Virus record (IMG/VR): IMGVR_UViG_3300023109_000017
Reading direction: 5' to 3' (one strand)
Origin: an uncultured virus (IMG/VR IMGVR_UViG_3300023109_000017)
Taxonomy: Duplodnaviria; Heunggongvirae; Uroviricota; Caudoviricetes
Length of the DNA: 64,000 nt
Every line of letters begins with the position of its first letter. Position 1 is the first letter of the stretch. The position numbers and the translations under genes were made by a program. The notes below the pieces were generated by a model that saw nothing but the letters and a program-made list of their open reading frames with translations, was not told the DNA's origin and did no database searches. Shown here one piece after another: positions 55,812-64,000 of this stretch.

Positions 55812-58800
55812 GAGGTAATACAGGATTAATTGGATCTGTAACTACAGGTAAGGGCACTATGGGAGTGTCTGAACATTTTAATCTAACCAAAAATAATACA
55901 ATAGAAAATAATGAAATTGGATTTAGACTTGATGTAGGCATCACTAACTTAAATAGACCTGAAATAGCTAGATACACCATGCTTGGATACACTAACTTTG
56001 AAGGAGTTTTTGTTGCGCCACATGGTAAGTATTTTTACACCGTTCATAATACAGAAAGCTATGGTATTCGTCAATATCTTATGACGAATAGACATGAGAT
56101 AGAATCTGCTTCCTACTATAAAGACTTTGTGCCTAATCAGACCTCACAATATATAAACGCTGAAGCAATTTACTTTAGAGATGATGGTAAAACAGTTTAT
56201 ATTTTAAATAGGCCTGGTAGTAATAGTTTTATAAGCGAATTTAGTTTAAGCTCTCCGTGGGAAATTGATACTGCTACCTTTGTACAGGTAGATAGTTTCG
56301 GCAGTTTTCACGCTGATGCTAGTGATGCTTACTTTAAACCAGATGGTACAGCTGTCTTCGTTACTGATACTACTGATGACTATGTAAGAAGATATAATAT
56401 GTCAACTGCGTGGGATATTTCAACTATGAGTGGAGTAATAGATGAATATGATGCTACCTCTATAGAAGCTACTCCTCAAGGCCTTACCTTTAATAATGAC
56501 GGGTCTAAAATGTACATATCAGGTACAACTCAAGATCGCATATCAGAAGTGGATCTTACAACGCCTTGGGATGTTACTACTGCTACGTTTAATAATGTTA
56601 CTTCTGACTTTTTAACAGATAACGACCCCTATACTGTACAGTTTGCAGATAATGGATACAAATTGTATGTTTTGAATAGAATTTGTCAATCTTTAATAGG
56701 TTATTCATTAAGTACTGCTTATGATATCTCTACAATGAAAGTAGGAGGATGCGCAGATTGGTTTATGCCTTTAGAGCCTTTAGATTTAAGTCCAAAATCT
56801 ATATACTTTAAACCTGACGGTACTGAATTATTTTTTAGTGGTCACAATCTGGACAAGATATACAACATATCTTTAAGTACCGCATGGGATCTCTCAACCG
56901 GAACTTTAAACTATACTTTAGATGTGAATGCCCAAACATTAACTCCTTACGGCCTAACATTTAATACAGCTGGCACCAAGATGTGGATAGGTGATGCTAA
57001 TAATCTTATATACGAATATGATTTAAGCGCTGCTTGGGACCTCTCAACTGTTTCTTTTAATTACACTAAGCTAGGAGAGACAACTGGAGCAGATATTACT
57101 GATGTGTTTGTTAGCTCTGATGGAAGTAAATTTTACTATGTTGATTTTAATAATGATACAGTGTATACATATCCTTTAAGTACGGCATATGATCTTAGCA
57201 CTGCTGGTACAGCAGTTGCTTGGACAGGTTTTGTTACTCAAGAGAATCAGCCAAAATCTATATTTTTTAGCTCTGATGGAACTAAAGTATACTTAAGTGG
57301 GTCTTCAGGAGATGATTTTAATCAGTATAATCTTTCTTCTGCGTGGGATTTATCTACTGCAGTATTTGATGATCGACGTAAACCTCTTTTTACCGGTAAT
57401 ATTCCTGATAGTATGTTTTTTAGCTCTGATGGTTTACAGCTATTTGTTCTTGATACAAGCACTACAGCTGATGAAGAATCAATAATAAAGTTAACATTAT
57501 CTACCGCATGGGATTTATCTACAGTAAGTCCTAGGACGCCTAACTCAGTTTACTTTCCCGAAGTATTAGAAAACAATGCCACTGGCATGGCTATAAGCAC
57601 CGATGGAACTAAGCTGTATATAATTGATGTAAGCCCTGACATTATCTATCAATACACTTTGTCTACTGCGTTTGAAATAACTACTGCGACTTATGATTCA
57701 ATAAGTTTAGATGTAACATCTCAAGAAAATAGTCCTAGAGCTATTGTGTTTAAACCAGACGGAACTAAAATGTTTATTCTTGGTAATGGAGGTGATAGAG
57801 TAGACGAATTTGCTTTGTCAACTCCTTGGAATATATCTACTGCTTCGTTAACAGTTACTTCTGCTTCAGTAGGCTCTCAAGAAGGTAATGCTATGGGTAT
57901 GCATTTCTCTAAGGACGGAAAGACTTTTTATATTACAGGTACATCATCAGATAGAGTTGATACATTTGGGTTAGAAACAGCCTGGGATGTTACTAATATT
58001 AAACCTAAACTTGACTACCTCTTAGTAACTACCACTAACACTCAAGCCGTTGAAATTAGTCCGGACGGTACTAATTTGTATGTGTGCGGAGAAAACACAG
58101 ACGCAGTATATCAATATGAGCTAGCCGACCCTCATAATGTATATTCCGGTACTTTTGTAAGATCTTTATCAGTATCTACATACGGTTTAAACCCTAAAGG
58201 TATAAGATTTAAACCTGATGGTACTAGATTTCTTGTTTGCAGTTCAACAAATGCTATTTATGAATATAATTTAACTACTCCGTGGGATATATCTACTGCC
58301 ACATACGCAAACCCTGTTCAACAAGGCGCATATGGTTCTAGTACGGATTTAGAAGGCTTTTTTTATGCTGATAATGGCACAAAACTTTTCATGGCAGATA
58401 ATACTAATAACCAAATAGACTTTAGAAATTTAGATAATCCTTGGGTTGCGCAGGCTAATAACGTTGGCGCAAGTTCCATACAGCTACAAAATTATGGTGA
58501 TTCCTCGCTTACAACTCCAAATGGAGTATATGTTTCTCCAGATGGAAAAGATATGTTTGTAAGTTTTTATGCAACTAATGTAGGTAAAGTTGCGCATTTT
58601 AAACTTGCAAATGCTTACTCATTTGTGACTGTCACTTTGCAGCATGTTTTTACTACTAATATGCAAAATCAGTCAGATGTTACATTTAAATCTGACGGTA
58701 CTAAAATGTATATTGTAACTAGTGGGACTGATCAAGTTAAGCAATATGATCTTAGTACTCCTTGGGATTTAACTACTGCCGTGTCTGCTCAGCAATTGTA

Positions 58801-59077
58801 TAGTCTTGCTGGTCAATTTAGTAACCCTCAAGGCTTGCATTTAAGCGCTGATGAGAAAAAGATGTTTATAGTAGGAGAAGGTGTAAATCAGATTAAATCT
58901 TATAATTTACCATCTGCTGGGATAGTAAATGAAGCAGTTACTGAAGGGTTTTCATTTGATATAAGTTTAGATTTTATAGGGGGGTGTAGAGACATTGAAT
59001 TTAGCTCTACAGGTCATAGAGTGTACTTGCTTAATAGATATGAAGCAGTAGTATACCAATATAATTTACCAAATTAA
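55808..59077 (+). CDS. Beta-propeller repeat protein with 20 repeats (putative receptor binding)
   Basis: About 50-aa repeat F..DGTK.Y........I.QY.LSTAWDLST; 20 copies counted by eye. Confidence 0.8.
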   Translation: MRGNTGLIGSVTTGKGTMGVSEHFNLTKNNTIENNEIGFRLDVGITNLNRPEIARYTMLGYTNFEGVFVAPHGKYFYTVHNTESYGIRQYLMTNRHEIESASYYKDFVPNQTSQYINAEAIYFRDDGKTVYILNRPGSNSFISEFSLSSPWEIDTATFVQVDSFGSFHADASDAYFKPDGTAVFVTDTTDDYVRRYNMSTAWDISTMSGVIDEYDATSIEATPQGLTFNNDGSKMYISGTTQDRISEVDLTTPWDVTTATFNNVTSDFLTDNDPYTVQFADNGYKLYVLNRICQSLIGYSLSTAYDISTMKVGGCADWFMPLEPLDLSPKSIYFKPDGTELFFSGHNLDKIYNISLSTAWDLSTGTLNYTLDVNAQTLTPYGLTFNTAGTKMWIGDANNLIYEYDLSAAWDLSTVSFNYTKLGETTGADITDVFVSSDGSKFYYVDFNNDTVYTYPLSTAYDLSTAGTAVAWTGFVTQENQPKSIFFSSDGTKVYLSGSSGDDFNQYNLSSAWDLSTAVFDDRRKPLFTGNIPDSMFFSSDGLQLFVLDTSTTADEESIIKLTLSTAWDLSTVSPRTPNSVYFPEVLENNATGMAISTDGTKLYIIDVSPDIIYQYTLSTAFEITTATYDSISLDVTSQENSPRAIVFKPDGTKMFILGNGGDRVDEFALSTPWNISTASLTVTSASVGSQEGNAMGMHFSKDGKTFYITGTSSDRVDTFGLETAWDVTNIKPKLDYLLVTTTNTQAVEISPDGTNLYVCGENTDAVYQYELADPHNVYSGTFVRSLSVSTYGLNPKGIRFKPDGTRFLVCSSTNAIYEYNLTTPWDISTATYANPVQQGAYGSSTDLEGFFYADNGTKLFMADNTNNQIDFRNLDNPWVAQANNVGASSIQLQNYGDSSLTTPNGVYVSPDGKDMFVSFYATNVGKVAHFKLANAYSFVTVTLQHVFTTNMQNQSDVTFKSDGTKMYIVTSGTDQVKQYDLSTPWDLTTAVSAQQLYSLAGQFSNPQGLHLSADEKKMFIVGEGVNQIKSYNLPSAGIVNEAVTEGFSFDISLDFIGGCRDIEFSSTGHRVYLLNRYEAVVYQYNLPN

Positions 59078-59131
59078 TATATACTATATACGTGGAACAA
59101 AGAAACAACAAGCTGGGACTTAGTAGAATAA
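59078..59131 (+). pseudogene. Possible relic 3' end of a lost gene
   Basis: Reads YILYTWNKETTSWDLVE-stop with no start codon; in frame after the previous stop and abutting the next ATG. Confidence 0.5.
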
Positions 59132-62100
59132 ATGAGTATCAATAGAAAATTAGGTGACTTAGCAAACGTCTTAGATGACGGCACAGAAGGTCAGGTATTA
59201 TCATTTAATGCCAGCGGAAAAATAGCGGCTAGCACGATGATTTCAGAAGGTACTCTAGGTACATTAACTCAGTCGTTTGACTCAAATCAAACATCTTCAA
59301 TATCATTATCCTCTGCAGCCAACACGGTCCCCTTTGTATCAGTATTCAAAGAAGTACCCCAGCTAGGAGTTAGTAGTAAAGGTCAGTGGGACGTTAATTC
59401 AAACGGAACTAATTACGATTTTTATGATGAAAAGCCTATTTCTTATACTAGTTCAACATTAACACCAAGTGCGACAGGCGATGGTACTTTTACTAGCAGT
59501 AATCCAGTTGTTTCAGGGTATGATATATCATTAATATCTAGTGGTTATATTAGACAGATAAATGCTACCAGTTCTAGTGGGGGAACGTGGACTGAATCTG
59601 CAGAATATTCATCTGATGGCACTAAAATTTATTTTTCACAACGTAATAGTGATATAATAAAAGTATTTTCTTTGTCAACAGCTTATGATATAACTACAAT
59701 TGCTGGAACCTCTTCGTCTGAATATACTTTATCTGCAGATGCTTGGGCTATTAGAGTAAATTCTGCTGGTACTAAGATATGGGTAGCTTATGATGCATCA
59801 ATTGAGCAATTCACTCTTAGTAGTTCACATGATATATCAACTGCGTCGAGTGATGGGACTTGGACGATTGGTACTTTTATTAGAGATATTCGTTTTAATG
59901 ATGATGGTACTAAAATTTATATTGCGGATATTAACTCAGATGATATAAAGCAGTATTCATTAACAACAGCTTATGATATTACGGGAACTAAAACTTTAGA
60001 TGGTTCTATAACAGGATTAACTAATCCTACATCCATACTATTTAACAGCGATGGTTCAAAACTTTACTATGGGCAACAAAATAATAGTAGTGTTTATGTT
60101 AAAAATTTAGGAACACTTTATGATATAACCACAAATGTTAGCTCTGGAACTACTGTTGCTTGGGATAGTGGTGCAAATTCGGGCAGCTATGAACCATTAG
60201 ATATGTCATTTAATTCTGATGGGACTAGACTCTTTATTCTTCATAGCCAAAGTGGATCTCCATATCATAAATTTTTAAGTGAATTTACTTCAGGCTCTAC
60301 TAATGCATTTAATTCTTCAGACGTAGGTAAGAAAGTCGTAGGTAACTCTGGATCTGCTATTATTACATCTGCTGCTGGTGCATACACTTCAGTCACGCCT
60401 TTTGCGGATACTTCTGCAATTTCTTCTTGGCAGCTATTTGGCGCTCAAGGTAAGGCTGATGGATCCGGTATTGAATTAACTGGATTTGTTTCTGGTTATG
60501 ACATATCATCTCCTTCTAACGTTAAATCGTGGGCAACTCCAGCAAGCCCTGCCGAAGATATAAGTTCTGCCATGTTAGGTAGTGACGGAACAAAAGGATT
60601 TTATTTAGACCCAGGCAATGATCAAATAGTTTATATAACTTTAAGTACCGCTTTTGATATTTCAACAGCTACTAGACAAGGTAGTTTTACTACACAGTCA
60701 TCTGAGGGGTCAAGAGGTTTATATATATTTGGCGATGGAACGAGAATCTATACAACTAGCCCATCGGATTATGTTAGAAGGTACGATTTATCTACTGCAT
60801 GGGATATAAGTACTGTTACTTATACTAATAATTTTTATCAAGCGGCGCAAGAGGCTTCTATGAATGGTTTAGAGTTTAAGCCTGATGGAACAAAGATGTA
60901 TGTATGTGGAACTCAAAATAACACAGCTTACCAGTACAGTTTAAGCACAGCTTGGGATATAACAACAGCATCATATGATAGTAAAAGCCTATCTATATCG
61001 GATGTTGGAACATCTGCTATGGATTTAAGATTTAACTCGGATGGAACTAAATTATTTGCTATGAGAAATACTGGTCAAATTTTAACTTATAATCTATCAA
61101 CACCATATGATATTTCTACAGGTTCGTATTCATCAAGTGAAACATGGGTTACTGGTTATACTAATGTTTGGGGTTTTAGTTTTGCTAATAACGGAACTAA
61201 AATTTTAATTTCAAACTATAGTGCAGATCCAGACGAACTAGTCATGTATGATACTGGAGGAACTGATCATCCATACTCTACATACTCTCCAGCACTCACA
61301 AATTCATCCAATGGCCAAATTAACTCATCAAGTTGGCAGGATATTAATTCTATGACAGCAGATGAGACTAAGAATGGCGGCGACATCTTCTATGCAGTAT
61401 CTACTGACAACCGAACAAGCTGGGGTGTAGCTAAAGGTTCAGATGGCGTAAGAAAGATTGCAAAGAATAACTCTGGTACTTGGCAGTATAATAATAATGC
61501 TGGATCACTAGAGGGGTTTGACTATACTAATGCTACGACTACTGGAGATACGTTAACAGTTGATGTATCTAATGTAGGAATTGCCGGAGGATCTAATCAA
61601 GGTATCATATTTAGTGGTGATGGAACAAAGTTTTACCTTGTTTATCAAGCAACTAGCAGTAATTCAAGAATTTATCAAGTTACTTTGGGTACAGCTTGGG
61701 ATTTAACAAGCGGTACAACAAAATATACTTTTAACCCAAGTGTGACCCAAATTTCAGCTGGATCCATAGGTTTTAATCAAAACGGTACGGCTTTATATAT
61801 TGCATGGAGAGCACATCCAGGAACAGCAAGGTATTTTAAAAAATTTACTTTATCTACTGCATGGGATTTATCTACAGCTTCGGGTGGTGTAAATAGTGCC
61901 AATTTAAATTCTTCTGGAGATTTTGAGACTTGCAGAGGACTTACTGTTGGTTTAAATGAAGAATTTATCGTAACTACAGATTATGCTGCAAGTGATGATC
62001 ATCTTGCTAAATTTACATTTGCAACAGCAGGAGATGTAACTTCAAGTATAACAAAATCGGAAAGTACTAATGTAACTTCTTATACTAATTTTCCTCCGGT

Positions 62101-62728
62101 TGGTTCGGGTAACACTCAGCTATCAATTGCAGGACCACAATTTTTTGACAATGGAAATAAATTATTTTTTATGAATTATAATTATGGAGGTGATGCTTAT
62201 ATTGTAAATTTAACATCAGCCTATGATATAACTTCTGGCACTCTAGGATCTACTACAGGAGATATATCAGGCGCGGGAACTTGGATGGCATATGGTGTTA
62301 AACCCGATGGTACGAGACTATATATTTTTGATCATAATAGTTTAAGCTTAATTGAATATAGTACTGGAAATATTAATTATGATACATCTGAAACTTGGGT
62401 TAACGGTACAAATAATAATGAACATGCAACATTACAGCAAGCTTTAACATCTCAAACATTCAATAGAATGGACAAGGCACAATTAGATGCAGTAGCTGAC
62501 GGATATCACTTTAGCCAAGACAGTGCAGATACGTTAGACCTAATGATTGCGCCATATGCTACTTCAGGTACTAGCCCAATATCAGATGGTGTTACGATTA
62601 ATTATGATGCGGCATCAACGTACAAACAGGCGATACATGGTACTGAGTACGATGTAGAGTTTACTACTACAAACTCAGTGGATTTAACATCAAAGATATC
62701 AGCAAATTTAAAAGCAAGAGTGCTATAA
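59132..62728 (+). CDS. Virion protein with three 5-repeat beta-propeller blocks
   Basis: Three blocks of five xDGTK/LSTAWDI repeats separated by non-repeat scaffold segments. Confidence 0.8.
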   Translation: MSINRKLGDLANVLDDGTEGQVLSFNASGKIAASTMISEGTLGTLTQSFDSNQTSSISLSSAANTVPFVSVFKEVPQLGVSSKGQWDVNSNGTNYDFYDEKPISYTSSTLTPSATGDGTFTSSNPVVSGYDISLISSGYIRQINATSSSGGTWTESAEYSSDGTKIYFSQRNSDIIKVFSLSTAYDITTIAGTSSSEYTLSADAWAIRVNSAGTKIWVAYDASIEQFTLSSSHDISTASSDGTWTIGTFIRDIRFNDDGTKIYIADINSDDIKQYSLTTAYDITGTKTLDGSITGLTNPTSILFNSDGSKLYYGQQNNSSVYVKNLGTLYDITTNVSSGTTVAWDSGANSGSYEPLDMSFNSDGTRLFILHSQSGSPYHKFLSEFTSGSTNAFNSSDVGKKVVGNSGSAIITSAAGAYTSVTPFADTSAISSWQLFGAQGKADGSGIELTGFVSGYDISSPSNVKSWATPASPAEDISSAMLGSDGTKGFYLDPGNDQIVYITLSTAFDISTATRQGSFTTQSSEGSRGLYIFGDGTRIYTTSPSDYVRRYDLSTAWDISTVTYTNNFYQAAQEASMNGLEFKPDGTKMYVCGTQNNTAYQYSLSTAWDITTASYDSKSLSISDVGTSAMDLRFNSDGTKLFAMRNTGQILTYNLSTPYDISTGSYSSSETWVTGYTNVWGFSFANNGTKILISNYSADPDELVMYDTGGTDHPYSTYSPALTNSSNGQINSSSWQDINSMTADETKNGGDIFYAVSTDNRTSWGVAKGSDGVRKIAKNNSGTWQYNNNAGSLEGFDYTNATTTGDTLTVDVSNVGIAGGSNQGIIFSGDGTKFYLVYQATSSNSRIYQVTLGTAWDLTSGTTKYTFNPSVTQISAGSIGFNQNGTALYIAWRAHPGTARYFKKFTLSTAWDLSTASGGVNSANLNSSGDFETCRGLTVGLNEEFIVTTDYAASDDHLAKFTFATAGDVTSSITKSESTNVTSYTNFPPVGSGNTQLSIAGPQFFDNGNKLFFMNYNYGGDAYIVNLTSAYDITSGTLGSTTGDISGAGTWMAYGVKPDGTRLYIFDHNSLSLIEYSTGNINYDTSETWVNGTNNNEHATLQQALTSQTFNRMDKAQLDAVADGYHFSQDSADTLDLMIAPYATSGTSPISDGVTINYDAASTYKQAIHGTEYDVEFTTTNSVDLTSKISANLKARVL

Positions 62729-62776
62729 AATAATAATATATACCATATTAACTATATAATGTCCTAGGAGATAATA

Positions 62777-62998
62777 ATGACAGAAGAAAACAAAGTTCCT
62801 ACAGTCGTGGTAAACGATAAGGAATATGAAATTGATAGTCTTAACAATGAACAGAAATATGCGATCTCTCAATTAAGAGATATTTCAAATAAACTTAACG
62901 ATCTTTCGTTTCAAACTGAACAATTAAAGGCCGCTCAACGGGTCTTTAGTGCGGCTCTTACAGAGTCACTTAAACCTGAAGAAAAATCAGAAGAGTAA
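62777..62998 (+). CDS. Small coiled-coil protein
   Basis: AGGAGA RBS; V.DKEY..D.L..EQK.....L pattern. Confidence 0.7.
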   Translation: MTEENKVPTVVVNDKEYEIDSLNNEQKYAISQLRDISNKLNDLSFQTEQLKAAQRVFSAALTESLKPEEKSEE

Positions 62999-63017
62999 AA
63001 CAGTCCTATACTATTTT

Positions 63018-63046
63018 AAATGGTGGCTTTGGCTGCCATTTTTTTT
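63018..63046 (+). terminator. Rho-independent terminator
   Basis: AAATGGTGGC-TTTG-GCTGCCATTT followed by a T run. Confidence 0.8.
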
Positions 63047-63048
63047 AT

Positions 63049-63074
63049 TATAAATAGTGCTAATATTATAAATA
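63049..63074 (+). promoter_or_regulatory. Tandem T4-type late promoters
   Basis: TATAAATA at 63049-63056 and 63067-63074. Confidence 0.85.
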
Positions 63075-63099
63075 GTATCAAGTAATTTAGGAATATCAT

Positions 63100-63852
63100 A
63101 TGGCTGTCCCTACTTCAAGAGCAACTCTTATTGAATATTGTCTTCGTCGACTGGGCGAACCAGTAATTGAAATCAATGTTGATCCGGATCAATTAGAGGA
63201 TCGCCTTGATGAGGCACTGCAATACTTTAGAGAATTTCACTCTGAAGGCACGTTTAGAACTTTTTTTAAACATCAGGTTACGCCTGACGATGTAACTAAT
63301 GAATATATTAACATATCATCAGATATTATTCAAGTACAAAGACTATTTAGAATTTCATCAGGTACTGCTGGTAGAAACTTTTTTGATATAAAATATCAGA
63401 TGCATCTTAATGATATTGCTGATCTTCACAGTTTTATTGGCGACCTAGGTTACTATGAACAAATGCAACAGTATTTGTCAGTCCTTGACATGAAGTTAAC
63501 CGGTAGTCCTCAGGTCAGCTATGTGCGCAATCAGAACCGCTTATATATTCATGGTGACTTTGCTGATGGTGACATTAAAGAAGATGATTATTTGATTGCC
63601 GAATGTTATCAGATCATAAATGGCTCTAGTCATGCTGCGATTTATAATGACATGTGGTTAAAGGAATACACTACAGCCCTTATTAAACAGCAATGGGGAT
63701 CTAACCTTATTAAATTTGAAGGTATGGTACTTCCGGGCGGTGTGCAGCTAAATGGTAGGCAGATATTTGAAGATGCTACTCAAGAGATAGCTCAATTAAG
63801 AGAGAAAATCAGACTAGAGCATGAATTGCCAGCTGATTTCTTTATGGGGTAG
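63100..63852 (+). CDS. gp13: Neck protein gp13
   Basis: P.SR..LI.YCLRRLG.PVIEINV..DQ..DR.DEA.Q, WLK.Y.TALIK.QWG.NL.KF.G..LPGGV.LNG. Confidence 0.95.
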   Translation: MAVPTSRATLIEYCLRRLGEPVIEINVDPDQLEDRLDEALQYFREFHSEGTFRTFFKHQVTPDDVTNEYINISSDIIQVQRLFRISSGTAGRNFFDIKYQMHLNDIADLHSFIGDLGYYEQMQQYLSVLDMKLTGSPQVSYVRNQNRLYIHGDFADGDIKEDDYLIAECYQIINGSSHAAIYNDMWLKEYTTALIKQQWGSNLIKFEGMVLPGGVQLNGRQIFEDATQEIAQLREKIRLEHELPADFFMG

Positions 63853-63855
63853 TTA

Positions 63856-64000
63856 ATGGCAACTAATCACTATTTCAGTCAAAAAGTAAGATCTGAACAA
63901 GATTTATATGAAGATATTATAATAGAATCTTTAAAAATCTATGGTCAAGATGTTTATTATCTCCCAAGAGATATTGTTAATGAAGATAGAATCTTAGGTG
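63856..64000 (+). CDS. gp14: Neck protein gp14, truncated by window end
   Basis: MATNHYF......EQDLYED.IIES.KIYGQDVYYLPR. Confidence 0.93.
   Translation, partial: MATNHYFSQKVRSEQDLYEDIIIESLKIYGQDVYYLPRDIVNEDRILG

Noticed and set aside
35661..62728. Possible diversity-generating retroelement or invertible shufflon acting on fibres
   Set aside because: No reverse transcriptase or recombinase in the window; I saw no adenine-specific repeat pair or inverted crossover sites
55808..62728. Periodic DNA repeats resembling a CRISPR array
   Set aside because: The repeats are degenerate, in-frame protein repeats, not identical direct repeats with spacers
1..64000. Alternative genetic code, introns or inteins
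   Set aside because: Core genes translate full length in the standard code, with TAA, TAG and TGA all used as stops; no intron or intein signature was recognised

Overview
64 kb of a lytic T4-like myovirus genome (AT-rich, probably marine; host probably a Shine-Dalgarno-using proteobacterium, which is an inference). 1-1.4 kb: end of a glycosyltransferase-like cluster. 1.4-10 kb: early/accessory region of small ORFs, driven by six copies of a TGTACA-N17-TAG(A/T/G)AT promoter, four of them with an upstream IHF-consensus box. This region also holds tRNA-Arg(UCU), two structured non-coding segments, an SNase, a DenV-family glycosylase, gp33 and gp32. 11-15.5 kb, minus strand: gp4, gp2, gp54, gp26, gp51 and tape-measure gp29. 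15.5-35.7 kb: baseplate genes (gp48, 53, 27, split gp5, 25, 6, 7, 9/10, 8, split VrlC-like), with TATAAATA late promoters. 35.7-63 kb: a large array of fibre/adhesin genes, then neck gp13 and the start of gp14. Main observations: (1) an Asp-Ser (mostly DSA) motif spread through unrelated surface virion proteins, a candidate modification sequon; (2) a -1 frameshift signal fusing gp26 to gp51 just before the tape measure gene; (3) a 190-nt structured RNA that hides an RBS; (4) phased IHF boxes and leaderless promoters; (5) a type-1 copper motif in a fibre; (6) gp5 split into three genes with three hydrolase folds. All family calls come from motif recognition by eye, not database searches.
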